64,000 nucleotides of DNA from a virus (lineage: Duplodnaviria; Caudoviricetes). The notes under the pieces are model-generated. The model was not told the DNA's origin and made no database searches. It was given only the letters and a program-made list of their open reading frames with translations. How positions within the stretch are numbered: the first letter of the stretch is position 1; every line of letters starts with the position of its first letter. Position numbers and translations under genes: made by a program. Positions 38,623 to 47,894 of the stretch are shown piece by piece. Where the stretch lies: IMG/VR virus record IMGVR_UViG_3300028048_000096, positions 1 through 64,000 of that record; one strand, given 5' to 3'.

Positions 38623-38838
38623 CTAAAATAAAAACGCGCGCAATTGGTCAGCCTGTTCCGCTAGTTGTTTGAACTGTTCCTGACTCATTTGCCCGCTACG
38701 AAGTAGTGATTGAACTTGTTGCTTGGGGTCGCCTTTAAACATTGACTTAAACTCATTAAACTGAGTAAGCATTTGTTTAAGGTCATTACCCTGATTTATT
38801 CGTTGTGGGCCCAAAATATTAAATAACGAATTGTTCAT
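38623..38838 (-). CDS. Small Gln-rich protein (module gene 3)
   Basis: GDPKQQVQ.LL.SG.MSQ.QF. Confidence 0.7.
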   Translation of the reverse strand: MNNSLFNILGPQRINQGNDLKQMLTQFNEFKSMFKGDPKQQVQSLLRSGQMSQEQFKQLAEQADQLRAFLF

Positions 38839-39220
38839 TCTTCTTACCTCCTTTAGATTTAAGGAGTTCTTCGAGTTTGCTTATGCGCTCCTCGAATTCG
38901 TCTTTTGTAACGAAAGAAGTCTGTCCAATCTTTGACGTTGACTCTTGCGACTCCGCAGTTATCTCTTTGAATTCAAAGACTCTTAACGGACGTGGCATTC
39001 CACTAAGTTCAGTGGTTTTGATGTAAAAGACATCTCTCTCCGAGTCCATTAACACAGCACTAGTTCCTGGGTTAATCGCACAAGCTCGCGCACCTGCTTC
39101 ACCCTGAACCCATTTAATGCCGTTATCCGAAGTTGTTTGAGTCGGCGCCATATATGTATTTTGGGCTTGACTTAAAGGCGTATATGTATACGCCGGATAA
39201 TACGTGTTGTTTACTGCCAT
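38819..39220 (-). CDS. Hypothetical protein (module gene 2)
   Basis: WVQGEAGA.A...LMDSE..VFYIK. Confidence 0.75.
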   Translation of the reverse strand: MAVNNTYYPAYTYTPLSQAQNTYMAPTQTTSDNGIKWVQGEAGARACAINPGTSAVLMDSERDVFYIKTTELSGMPRPLRVFEFKEITAESQESTSKIGQTSFVTKDEFEERISKLEELLKSKGGKKNEQFVI

Positions 39221-39221
39221 T

Positions 39222-39602
39222 TTATCTGCCTCTCTCAAAATAATAAATTGGGATTTCACTGCCCGAATCCCACGAGTCGTAGTAGTCTCCATCTACTACC
39301 GCAATAACGTGTTCGCCAGTGCCGAGTACATAACTGCCTACTGGATGGTCAATACAGAACTCTCTAACTGTATAACAATCAGGACAAGTTTCTGGTATGG
39401 TGCGGCGTACGAAACCTTGTGAGCGTAAAAACTCACCCCATACACGGTTTGCTGACGGCATATCGTACATTTGGTATCCTTGACTTACTAGTCGAAGATA
39501 CGTTTGTCTCCAATCTCTCTCTATGATTTTGGAAATTGCGCGAATTGTGCAATCCCCAACCGATAGGCCCAAAGGATTTGGGTTGTAGTATCTATACCCC
39601 AT
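39222..39602 (-). CDS. Putative Cys/His peptidase-like protein (module gene 1)
   Basis: NPNP...GDC.IRA...HV.AV.DG.YYDSWDS. Confidence 0.7.
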   Translation of the reverse strand: MGYRYYNPNPLGLSVGDCTIRAISKIIERDWRQTYLRLVSQGYQMYDMPSANRVWGEFLRSQGFVRRTIPETCPDCYTVREFCIDHPVGSYVLGTGEHVIAVVDGDYYDSWDSGSEIPIYYFERGR

Positions 39603-39707
39603 AATACTACCTCCTTTCTTTGTGCCTAAATTTAAGTAGAAAAATAAAAAGACGCCTATATAAAATAGACGTCAAAAACTAACAAATTTGTGTTAATTTA
39701 TAATAAA

Positions 39708-39944
39708 TTACATTGAAGGTACTTCATGAGTTGTTGAGCCATCAATATGCTTATAACTTTCTGCTCTAATGGCGCGCCCGTCATCAGTTAAAATAAAAGC
39801 GGTGTGAATAGGAACATCACTAATCGCAGCCGAAGCTAAGATTTGATGGAATTTGCTATCTGCAGCGAACTCATCTTCAAATTGATTGATAAGTGTTGCA
39901 ACTTGACCTTCAGAATTTGTTTGAGTTTCAAGAACAATGTACAT
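39708..39944 (-). CDS. Small tail-fibre-associated protein
   Basis: 78 aa ORF at end of fibre operon. Confidence 0.6.
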   Translation of the reverse strand: MYIVLETQTNSEGQVATLINQFEDEFAADSKFHQILASAAISDVPIHTAFILTDDGRAIRAESYKHIDGSTTHEVPSM

Positions 39945-39956
39945 TTTAATTCTCCT

Positions 39957-40751
39957 TTAACTATATAACCAAGAGCTACCATCGTATAGTCGGGATATAT
40001 ATTCTGTTCGCACCCATTGAGTCCCGTTGTAAACCCAAGACTCTTCAATTGGATACCACCCGTCATCAATATATATAAATTTTTGTGTTGGCGCAATCAT
40101 TAATGCTTCTTTCCACTGTGCATATATTGTGCCACCGCCACTTACGCTATAACTATCGCCTGGATAATATTTAGTACCACTTCCATTTTTATTAGCTGTC
40201 CAATATAAGAATTGATAACCCATACGTGTCGGTTGATTATATGCGTTAACTGTAGCAGGCGTTGAAGATGTATATGTCTGAGCTTCAGGTTCTGCCCAAC
40301 CTCCGTTAGCATCATAATTCAAATAATATGTGGTTGCTGCCGCTGCAGGGACTGTAATTGAAATAGAGCCTGTTGCAGGATTAGGTGAACCTCCGCTATA
40401 CGCAAAGCTTACTTGAAGCGTCTTTGTCTGGGCGCTGGAAGTACGGGTGAAACTAACCGACGTTGAAGTAGTTGACCACGGTATGAGCTTATACTCTGTA
40501 GTGCAATACACACTCCCCTGTGACTTACTTGCTGAACCTAACGATGTCCCACCACATGTTGCAGAAACCGTTCCAGTGGTGGTGTAGGTGTACGTACCTG
40601 CGTATTGATTGGTGTAGTAGGCTACTCCAATCTCGGAAACTGTAACAGTTGTTGCACTACTGCTTGTAGATACGCTGTATTTGATGTATCCGCGTCTTCG
40701 TCCGTGTGTGATACCCGAAACGGTCATCTCCGCTGTGTATAAAATAGCCAT
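39957..40751 (-). CDS. S/T-rich structural protein with Listeria-Bacteroides repeat
   Basis: YDANGG...PTRMGYQF..W...GSGTKY.PG. Confidence 0.65.
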   Translation of the reverse strand: MAILYTAEMTVSGITHGRRRGYIKYSVSTSSSATTVTVSEIGVAYYTNQYAGTYTYTTTGTVSATCGGTSLGSASKSQGSVYCTTEYKLIPWSTTSTSVSFTRTSSAQTKTLQVSFAYSGGSPNPATGSISITVPAAAATTYYLNYDANGGWAEPEAQTYTSSTPATVNAYNQPTRMGYQFLYWTANKNGSGTKYYPGDSYSVSGGGTIYAQWKEALMIAPTQKFIYIDDGWYPIEESWVYNGTQWVRTEYISRLYDGSSWLYS

Positions 40752-40761
40752 TGTTTACACC

Positions 40762-41430
40762 TCAGAATAATTTAATGTATGAATAATGTAACTCACCTGT
40801 CGACATACTACCTGACGATACTGCTGCCGTGAACGAAATAGTTGTTGATGCATCGGTACACTGTACGAGTCCGCAACCGTTTTGAATGAGACCGGATGTT
40901 GTACCCGGGGCTGCACGAACTTGAGTGATGGTATTAGCACCTGCCTTCAAATCCCAACGACAAGTACCTTCTGTATATCCACCACCATAGTTGATTTGGA
41001 AAGTTATGAGATAGAGCCCAGGCGGTAACGTGAATCTATGCATCTCCGTCGTGGTGGTTGTAATAGTGTTAGGCAATGCAGGAGTAGTAGTTCTGGTTAA
41101 GTTAACTCTCGGCTGGAACGTATAGGCTGACGCGCCCGTTTGAAAATAAACGGTTCCAGTTGTTGCACTACCTGTCGGAGGATCACTTCCATATTTTATA
41201 TTAGTAATCTTCTCCGTTGTTCCATCTGTAGCTGCAGCTTGTGCTGAAATCGTACCTGAAAAAGTTTTATTTCCCGAAAATGTCTGCGCGCCAGTGGTCA
41301 CCAAAACTCCATTTTGAGGGGTTAAATATAACTGATTTTCATTAATAGTACCACCAGATGAGGCAGTATTATACTGTGCTTGTGTTAGATAGTTAATTAC
41401 TAATGTATCTAAATTTGTTGTTGTTGACAT
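40762..41430 (-). CDS. Tail fibre-like protein
   Basis: LTQAQY...NQLY; AQTFSGNKTFS. Confidence 0.65.
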   Translation of the reverse strand: MSTTTNLDTLVINYLTQAQYNTASSGGTINENQLYLTPQNGVLVTTGAQTFSGNKTFSGTISAQAAATDGTTEKITNIKYGSDPPTGSATTGTVYFQTGASAYTFQPRVNLTRTTTPALPNTITTTTTEMHRFTLPPGLYLITFQINYGGGYTEGTCRWDLKAGANTITQVRAAPGTTSGLIQNGCGLVQCTDASTTISFTAAVSSGSMSTGELHYSYIKLF

Positions 41431-41443
41431 TTGCTTACCTCTC

Positions 41444-42229
41444 TTATGATGAGTATGCTACAGCATATTTATATAATGTTGAAGCCATAAGACCATAACT
41501 CGTACCAGCTACATATACTTTCATTGTTTTCGCATCTGAAAATCTCATAAATAAAGTATTTGATGCTGATGGTTTAGACGAACTATAAAAATTAATAGTT
41601 GAACTTCCCGAATTTGTGTAAGAAGTCGCTGAAGAAGTACTGCTCTTATATCTTGTATAAATATGACCATAATTTTCAGTACCGCTTGTACCATATGTTG
41701 GAGTAGAATTATATGGTTTTACAACTGATGCCATACCAATAGCATATCTCTGAATGGTACTGCTCCAAGTAGTACTCGTATCATACATATCTGGACTTAC
41801 TTCAAGAAAGACCATTATAGGATAACCCGTCCCCGTATATGGAATATTGACTGTTTGAATAGAACCAGTTGTAGAACTTGTTGTGAAAGTACCAGTTATA
41901 AGATTAGACGCGCCGCCAGCTGGAATTGTATAGTATAAGGCAGTATTGTTATAGCCTACGGGAATATTCAAATACTGTACTGATGAACCAGGTGATAATG
42001 TAGCTCTATATACTCCCGAAGAAGTAGAAGACATAGCACTCGGTGGAGTTATGGTTGACATCGCATTAATTTGCACACTTTCCAAACCGTCATAACCACT
42101 ATCAAAAGTAATTAGTTGAGAGGAAGTAGAAGGATTAATGCCTGTCTTTGTTTGTAAAACTGGGGCACTACTAGTGCCATCACCCTCAACTGTTGGCACG
42201 ACTAAATGTGAACCTAAATATAAACTCAT
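41444..42229 (-). CDS. S/T-rich virion or fibre protein
   Basis: LQTKT..PS.SSQ.IT.DSGYDGL..V. Confidence 0.6.
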   Translation of the reverse strand: MSLYLGSHLVVPTVEGDGTSSAPVLQTKTGINPSTSSQLITFDSGYDGLESVQINAMSTITPPSAMSSTSSGVYRATLSPGSSVQYLNIPVGYNNTALYYTIPAGGASNLITGTFTTSSTTGSIQTVNIPYTGTGYPIMVFLEVSPDMYDTSTTWSSTIQRYAIGMASVVKPYNSTPTYGTSGTENYGHIYTRYKSSTSSATSYTNSGSSTINFYSSSKPSASNTLFMRFSDAKTMKVYVAGTSYGLMASTLYKYAVAYSS

Positions 42230-42230
42230 G

Positions 42231-42974
42231 CTACCACCTCACAATTTGTGCTGGACTTGCAATCGCAGCCACACCACTGGTTACAACCGAAGTGCCACCG
42301 ACGGTTACATCAGTTACACCACCAGTTTGAACTTGTGCCCAAGTCGGCGCACCACTTCCATTCGATTTTAGTACATACCCAGATGTACCTGCAGTTGTGG
42401 GTGCATAAAAGCTTGGAGAGGTTGTTGCAGTACCATTAAGAGTAATTGTTGGTACAGTTGGAATTGAAGGTATATCGCTAGTTAAGGCAATTGTTCCAGT
42501 AGCGTCAGGCAAAGTAAGTATAATATTACTAGTTGCGCTAGGATTTATTATTGTTTGTCCTTTGCTAGTTCCATTATTTGCCAATCCTAGCCCACCAGCG
42601 TATGCCCCAGATGCGCTACCAACGGTTAAATATGTCGGCCCGCCACTATTTCTATAGGCGGTAATATCTGGAACATAATATTTATTTGCTGCTGTAGTCT
42701 CTGCTGGGCCGCTTAATAGGTAAGATGTTGTACCAGTCGATAATGACGTCGTTTTTAATTTTTCATCAGAATCAGTTGTAATAAAACCACTATCATTAGT
42801 TAAATGTGATGTTTTAGTTGGAATATTCGTTGTGATAATTCCACTAGTCACTGTTTGGGCGCCAGCGATATGACTTCCCGCGGTTGTCGTCATTCCAGTA
42901 ACATAACCACTAACGGTATCTTTTATGTTATAAGTATTACCATCAGGTAATTTAATTCGACTTACATCTGCCAT
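42231..42974 (-). CDS. Tail fibre-like protein
   Basis: PTKTSHLTNDSGFIT, LPDATGTIALTSD, GYVLKSNG. Confidence 0.7.
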   Translation of the reverse strand: MADVSRIKLPDGNTYNIKDTVSGYVTGMTTTAGSHIAGAQTVTSGIITTNIPTKTSHLTNDSGFITTDSDEKLKTTSLSTGTTSYLLSGPAETTAANKYYVPDITAYRNSGGPTYLTVGSASGAYAGGLGLANNGTSKGQTIINPSATSNIILTLPDATGTIALTSDIPSIPTVPTITLNGTATTSPSFYAPTTAGTSGYVLKSNGSGAPTWAQVQTGGVTDVTVGGTSVVTSGVAAIASPAQIVRW

Positions 42975-43051
42975 TTTGATTCTCCTTTTACTCCGACATT
43001 GATGCGCGGCCAGTCAGTGAAATGACCGACCGCGCTACATCTATTTATAAA

Positions 43052-44884
43052 TTATTCATTACCTTTAGTTACGCTGACATCAGTTGCATTTGTAAGCACA
43101 GTAACACTATCCTTATTATTCCAAGCAGTATTTGCACCACTTGCGGTAGCTTTAATCTTAGAAGTTGTAAGCTCTTGTACGAATTTCTGACGTCCTGTTG
43201 CTGTACTATCTTCTGCGCTAAGAGTAACAGTCGGTTGTGTAACTGAACTAATACCATTAACAAGACTGATAACACCAGTACCAGCTGTAGCATTTTTGGC
43301 AAGAGCAATTGTAGGTTGAGCCGTAACTTTTACTCCAGTTAAGGCCGCGGCCGTTGTCGGTGTACCAAGTCCAGTAAGTGCACTTGCAGAAGAACCAATT
43401 GTTACTCCAGTTACAACTGCAGCACCTGTTCCTTCTTCATCTGTTTCACCTGTCGCAACAGTAACAGCAGTACCTACCTTAGCAACCGTCTTATCACTAA
43501 TTGTAACTGCAGTTACTATATCACTACCAGTACCCGTAGATGCGACTGAACCTGTAGCCACTGTAACCGCAGAACCAGCCTTTGCGACTGTCTTATCACT
43601 AATAGTTACACCCGTAACGATATCACTTCCAGTTCCTGTATCTGATACAGCGCCCGTGGCAACAGTTACTGCTGAACCAGCTTTTGCTACGGTTTTATCA
43701 CTAATTGTAACCGCAGTTACTACGTCACTACCAGTGCCTGTGGATGCAACAGCACCTGTCGCAACAGTTTTTGCTGTACCTAAAGTAACTTTTGAAGCGG
43801 TATTTGCAGTACCTAATACCGTATTTGTAGCACTTACATCACTACCATTACCACCACCAATTATAAGGGTTTCTGTTTCTCCCGTTGCGGTTCCCATTTG
43901 GAAAGTCCAGGTTGATTTATTTGCAGTTACTGAAGAATTTCCTGTAATATTTGGCACAGATACATCTGTATTGCCCGTAACATTAGGTACTGTTGTAGTG
44001 ACTAATTTACTTGCGGTTTTAGTTACTTTAGAAACACTTTCTGTTCCATTAGTGGGAACAATACTCGTAGTAACTAACTTACTTGCAGTTTGGGTCACTT
44101 TAGAAACGCTTTCGGTTCCATTAGTTGGCGTAATACTTGTCGTAACAAGTTTACTCGCAGTTTTAGTTACTTTAGAAACACTTTCTGTTCCATTAGTAGG
44201 AACAATACTTGTAGTAACTAAATTCTTTCCCGTTTCTGCAGAAACAGATTTAACAAACGTATCAGTCGTAGCATTTGGAAAACCAGTTATAGCATTTGCG
44301 GTTCCATTTGCACCAACTGCGGTACCACTTGCAGTAGCTTTTACGTTTGTAGTTGATGGAGTTACTGCAGTACCACTTGCAGTGGCTGCCATATACTTTG
44401 TTGTTCCACCTTTTACATAACTTACATTACCATTTGTGGAATCTTCGGCAAGTGTAATAGTGGGCTGAGTAATTTTAAAGGTAGCATCTGAACCGATTAC
44501 TGTATCCGTAGCCTTTGATAAATCAACATCAGTAACAATATCAGATAAATCAATTTGGGTATCACCAATTTTTTCCCAAGCTCTTGAACCGCTTTCACCT
44601 ACTGGTACATACTCATCATAATGGTCACTTACACCAGCTAATGTTGAAGACCTAACCAAATAAAACGCACCAGGCGTTGCATCATCTGCCGCAAGGGTAC
44701 CTGTATAACTCGTTCCATTGTAAGTAACTACAATTCCCTCTGGAATCTTAGTTACGTCAGGAGTACTTGTACCATCCCAGCCTATAATAAAAGATACACC
44801 ACCCGAAATCATTTCACGGGCGACCGCGTCTTTTATGTCATATACATTACCACTAGGTAATTTAATTCTACTAATATCAGGCAT
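43052..44884 (-). CDS. T/V/G-rich repeat fibre protein
   Basis: Internal 24 aa and 34 aa repeats; N-terminus shared with 42231-42974. Confidence 0.75.
   Translation of the reverse strand: MPDISRIKLPSGNVYDIKDAVAREMISGGVSFIIGWDGTSTPDVTKIPEGIVVTYNGTSYTGTLAADDATPGAFYLVRSSTLAGVSDHYDEYVPVGESGSRAWEKIGDTQIDLSDIVTDVDLSKATDTVIGSDATFKITQPTITLAEDSTNGNVSYVKGGTTKYMAATASGTAVTPSTTNVKATASGTAVGANGTANAITGFPNATTDTFVKSVSAETGKNLVTTSIVPTNGTESVSKVTKTASKLVTTSITPTNGTESVSKVTQTASKLVTTSIVPTNGTESVSKVTKTASKLVTTTVPNVTGNTDVSVPNITGNSSVTANKSTWTFQMGTATGETETLIIGGGNGSDVSATNTVLGTANTASKVTLGTAKTVATGAVASTGTGSDVVTAVTISDKTVAKAGSAVTVATGAVSDTGTGSDIVTGVTISDKTVAKAGSAVTVATGSVASTGTGSDIVTAVTISDKTVAKVGTAVTVATGETDEEGTGAAVVTGVTIGSSASALTGLGTPTTAAALTGVKVTAQPTIALAKNATAGTGVISLVNGISSVTQPTVTLSAEDSTATGRQKFVQELTTSKIKATASGANTAWNNKDSVTVLTNATDVSVTKGNE
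43440..44225 (-). repeat. Coding tandem repeats (about 4x102 bp and 3x72 bp)
   Basis: TVATGAV..TGTGSD.VT.VTISDKTVAKAGSAV and ASKLVTTSI.PTNGTESVSKVT.T. Confidence 0.85.
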
Positions 44885-44897
44885 TTGTATCTCTCCT

Positions 44898-45290
44898 TTA
44901 ATTCCTATTTAAAATTAGTACCTCATCAGATAATTCATCACGAATTATATCTTCAGAGTCATCTATATTTATTTTATTATTCCAAAATAATTTTTCTTGA
45001 AGAGTAACATGGATATCGTGATTATTAATATGTTCCATTAAGATATCCCTTGTTTTCTCATCTACAAATGGCAAATCTTGAACATACGCATTCCCTGTTC
45101 CAACTTTTATATTTGGAATCTCTACCGTCTTTGTAATTGTCTCACCATACTCTTCAACTGTATATGTTTTTGTTTCATAATCAGTGTAAACGATAACCTC
45201 CCCTGCAAGAGGAATAAATCCTTGTGCATTATTCCAATGCTCGGTTGTATCTCGTTTTAATTGAATTCTTGTATTAACTGTAGCACTCAT
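44898..45290 (-). CDS. Mtd/hyaluronidase N-terminal-like fibre-anchor protein
   Basis: RIQLKRDT..HW...FIPLAGE...KVG.G...DLPF. Confidence 0.7.
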   Translation of the reverse strand: MSATVNTRIQLKRDTTEHWNNAQGFIPLAGEVIVYTDYETKTYTVEEYGETITKTVEIPNIKVGTGNAYVQDLPFVDEKTRDILMEHINNHDIHVTLQEKLFWNNKINIDDSEDIIRDELSDEVLILNRN

Positions 45291-45613
45291 ATCCCACCTC
45301 CAATATTTGTGGTACTAGTGCCACAATCTAAAATTAAATCATCTAATCGAATTGCCTTATCTTCAATTATAATTCCATTCCCAGCAGAATATAATCCTTG
45401 CTCAATTAATTCCATTATTTCTTCATATTCACTTTGAAATAAATATTCAATCTCTGACCAAGGATGTATTCCATCACCTATTTTCAGCTTATTAACGTCT
45501 GTTGAATATGCTGGTTCACCAAGTCTTAAAATCGGATTAGCTTCAATCCATTCTGGTTCTGTGGCGCGGCGCAGTTGAATTATAGCCTTTACATGTCTTG
45601 TTTTAGTAGCCAT
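45287..45613 (-). CDS. Mtd/hyaluronidase N-terminal-like fibre-anchor protein
   Basis: IQLRR.T..EW...NPIL..GEP...KIGDG...W. Confidence 0.75.
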   Translation of the reverse strand: MATKTRHVKAIIQLRRATEPEWIEANPILRLGEPAYSTDVNKLKIGDGIHPWSEIEYLFQSEYEEIMELIEQGLYSAGNGIIIEDKAIRLDDLILDCGTSTTNIGGGI

Positions 45614-45779
45614 ACCCCTCAACACCTCCACCATCATAAATAATTACCTCATCATAATATACATCTTCAGGTTTGGTATTATTTATGTCAATTTTATTTT
45701 CTAAAACGGTAGAAGTCTTATGAAGCTTAACCTTAAAATCTTGGTTACTATTAAAAACTGTTTTAAATACCTTCTCCAT
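45603..45779 (-). CDS. Small hypothetical protein (58 aa)
   Basis: MEKVFKTVF...YDGGGVEGYGY; RBS AGGAG. Confidence 0.55.
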   Translation of the reverse strand: MEKVFKTVFNSNQDFKVKLHKTSTVLENKIDINNTKPEDVYYDEVIIYDGGGVEGYGY

Positions 45780-45788
45780 TTTAGCTCC

Positions 45789-46202
45789 TTATATTACACC
45801 ATCTTTTAAAACTCCATATATGCGCTCATGAATAACTTCTGACGCATATGCTTCTCCTTCTGTATCTAAAACTCGAATTTGAATTGCAGTTATGTTCTTT
45901 TCCGCGGCGGGATAAAACTTAAATGCAAGAGTATCTTCTTGAGTTAAATGAATTGTTGCTTGACATCCTTTAGGTTCTTCTTCCTCAATATCCGTATTGT
46001 TTCCTATTATATCGTCTCCAATATTTGTATCAGTAATAAAACCATTGTCATCTTTTTCAATAGGAGCAAGTTCAATTTCACTTATATCTTTTTCTAAAAC
46101 TACTTCTCCATTTTGCCAATAAGTAACATACAATTCTACTATTTCATCTATAGATAAAGGTAAAGTAAAACTATGATATGGAGTTGTGCCTCTATATAAC
46201 AT
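45789..46202 (-). CDS. Hypothetical structural protein
   Basis: M.RGTTP...LTQEDTL.F...QIRV. Confidence 0.7.
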   Translation of the reverse strand: MLYRGTTPYHSFTLPLSIDEIVELYVTYWQNGEVVLEKDISEIELAPIEKDDNGFITDTNIGDDIIGNNTDIEEEEPKGCQATIHLTQEDTLAFKFYPAAEKNITAIQIRVLDTEGEAYASEVIHERIYGVLKDGVI

Positions 46203-46297
46203 TATTTTTTACCTCCGCTTAAATAATTTAATATCCATTCCTTTCTTAAGTAGACTTTATCATTGATAACTCTACTTTTTTGTACGGAGGGATTTTT

Positions 46298-46693
46298 ATG
46301 AGTCAATACGAAGAAAAAATAGTTGCTCTACTAAAAAGAGACAAAATTAAATTTGAAAGAGAAAAAAAATTTAACGATTTACGAAATGGGCGTTTTCGTT
46401 TTGATTTTTATGTCTATGTACAGGGCGGCCCAGCGATTGTAGAAGCTAATGGCATCCAACATTATACTCAGGTCAAAAAATTTCAACCGACCCGCCGCGA
46501 TTTCAACGCGCAACGTGAACGGGATAGGCGCAAGATAAGCTATTGTCTCGCCAACCGAATTCCTATCTACTGTATACCCTATTGGGAAATTGAAAACCTT
46601 ACATGTGCGGCCGACCTATTCCAAGAGCGATTCCGCGCGAAGACTCGATGGAAAAACGATGTTGACTTTCAAAATTTCAAAAATCGTCAATAA
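46298..46693 (+). CDS. DUF559/Vsr-like endonuclease
   Basis: E..F...RFDFY...VEANG.QHY...D..K..YC. Confidence 0.7.
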   Translation: MSQYEEKIVALLKRDKIKFEREKKFNDLRNGRFRFDFYVYVQGGPAIVEANGIQHYTQVKKFQPTRRDFNAQRERDRRKISYCLANRIPIYCIPYWEIENLTCAADLFQERFRAKTRWKNDVDFQNFKNRQ

Positions 46694-46808
46694 AATTTGA
46701 CAGACTCGTCAAAATTTGGGTATAATAAAAGCGGAGCTTGAAAAAAACAAAAAAATCCAAAAGAAATTTATATTATATTATATTTAAGTAATAATAGGAG
46801 GATTATAT

Positions 46809-47858
46809 ATGTATTTATATATAATAATCTTCCTGCTTCTTGTATTTATATTTTATCTATTTACAAAAGAAAAGAAAATAAAAGAAGAAAATTCAAGTTT
46901 ACGCTTAAACCGATTAGAAGATTTAAAGGATTATTTTAGAAAGGAGTGGGAAGAAGAAGAAAATCAACTTATTCAAAAGAAAAGGGATAAGTTAAACGCA
47001 ATTGAAAAAGAATGCTTAACTCATGAGTTTGTAACTAAAGACAAAATCAATAAATTAGATTTTCAAATTAAAAGTTTAGAAACTCAATTAGTTGAAAAAG
47101 AAAAACGGTATAATGAAGTAAATCAAGATTTAGACTTATATCGAAAGGGTAAAATTGAAGAAATAGACGCGGGGCTTATTGAATTAACTCATAAAAAGAC
47201 AATTTTACTTGAAAATGAATTTAAAGAGAAAAAAGAAAACAAATTAAAAGAATTTGATGACGTAGTAAATTTCTTACAAACTCAAGAAGCGTCAATGAAA
47301 AATGAAATTGAGCAACTTAAGTTAGTATTAGAAGATTATCGTACAAAGCGCGCCGCCATTAATGAAGAGATTTTACGGCAGAAACAACTCGAAGAACAGC
47401 AAGACTTTTATCGAATCCAACTTGACCCTAATGAAATTGGTGATATAGAAATCCTTAGAAATACGGCCGCGCGCCTTCAACGTCCAGAAATTATTAATAA
47501 AATTATATGGTCTGGTTATTATCAGAAACCTCTTGCAGAATTACGTAAGCGACTTCTGCCAAACGGAGACATAAGCGGAATATATAAAATAACTCGACTT
47601 AAAACAAAGGAAATTTATATAGGTCAAAGCACATCATTAGATAAGCGTTGGCAAGAACATACGAAATCTGCTTTGGGAGTTGGAACTTTAGCCTCTTCTC
47701 AACTTCATCGAGTAATGGCACTAGATGGTCCAGAGAATTTTACCTTTGAAGTCCTTGAAGAGACACCTAAAGATAAGCTCCGTGAGCGAGAATCTTATTA
47801 TATAGATTTTTATGATAGTAAAAACTATGGCCTTAATACAATTAAAGGCGATAAATAA
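46809..47858 (+). CDS. Membrane-anchored coiled-coil protein with C-terminal GIY-YIG nuclease domain
   Basis: N-terminal TM; GIYKIT...IYIGQS...RWQEH...E..YI...GLN. Confidence 0.8.
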   Translation: MYLYIIIFLLLVFIFYLFTKEKKIKEENSSLRLNRLEDLKDYFRKEWEEEENQLIQKKRDKLNAIEKECLTHEFVTKDKINKLDFQIKSLETQLVEKEKRYNEVNQDLDLYRKGKIEEIDAGLIELTHKKTILLENEFKEKKENKLKEFDDVVNFLQTQEASMKNEIEQLKLVLEDYRTKRAAINEEILRQKQLEEQQDFYRIQLDPNEIGDIEILRNTAARLQRPEIINKIIWSGYYQKPLAELRKRLLPNGDISGIYKITRLKTKEIYIGQSTSLDKRWQEHTKSALGVGTLASSQLHRVMALDGPENFTFEVLEETPKDKLRERESYYIDFYDSKNYGLNTIKGDK

Positions 47859-47894
47859 ATAAATAACGCGAAAGCGAAGGAGGAAGAACCTTTC

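Noticed and set aside
43440-44225. Repeats as a possible CRISPR array
   Set aside because: In-frame degenerate coding repeats without unique spacers; no cas genes or repeat-spacer array seen in the window.
43656-44420. 254 aa plus-strand ORF
   Set aside because: Antisense shadow of the T/V/A/G-rich repeat gene.
44898-45613. Diversity-generating retroelement target (Mtd-like N-termini)
   Set aside because: Only the N-terminal anchor motif is present; no reverse transcriptase or TR/VR pair seen.
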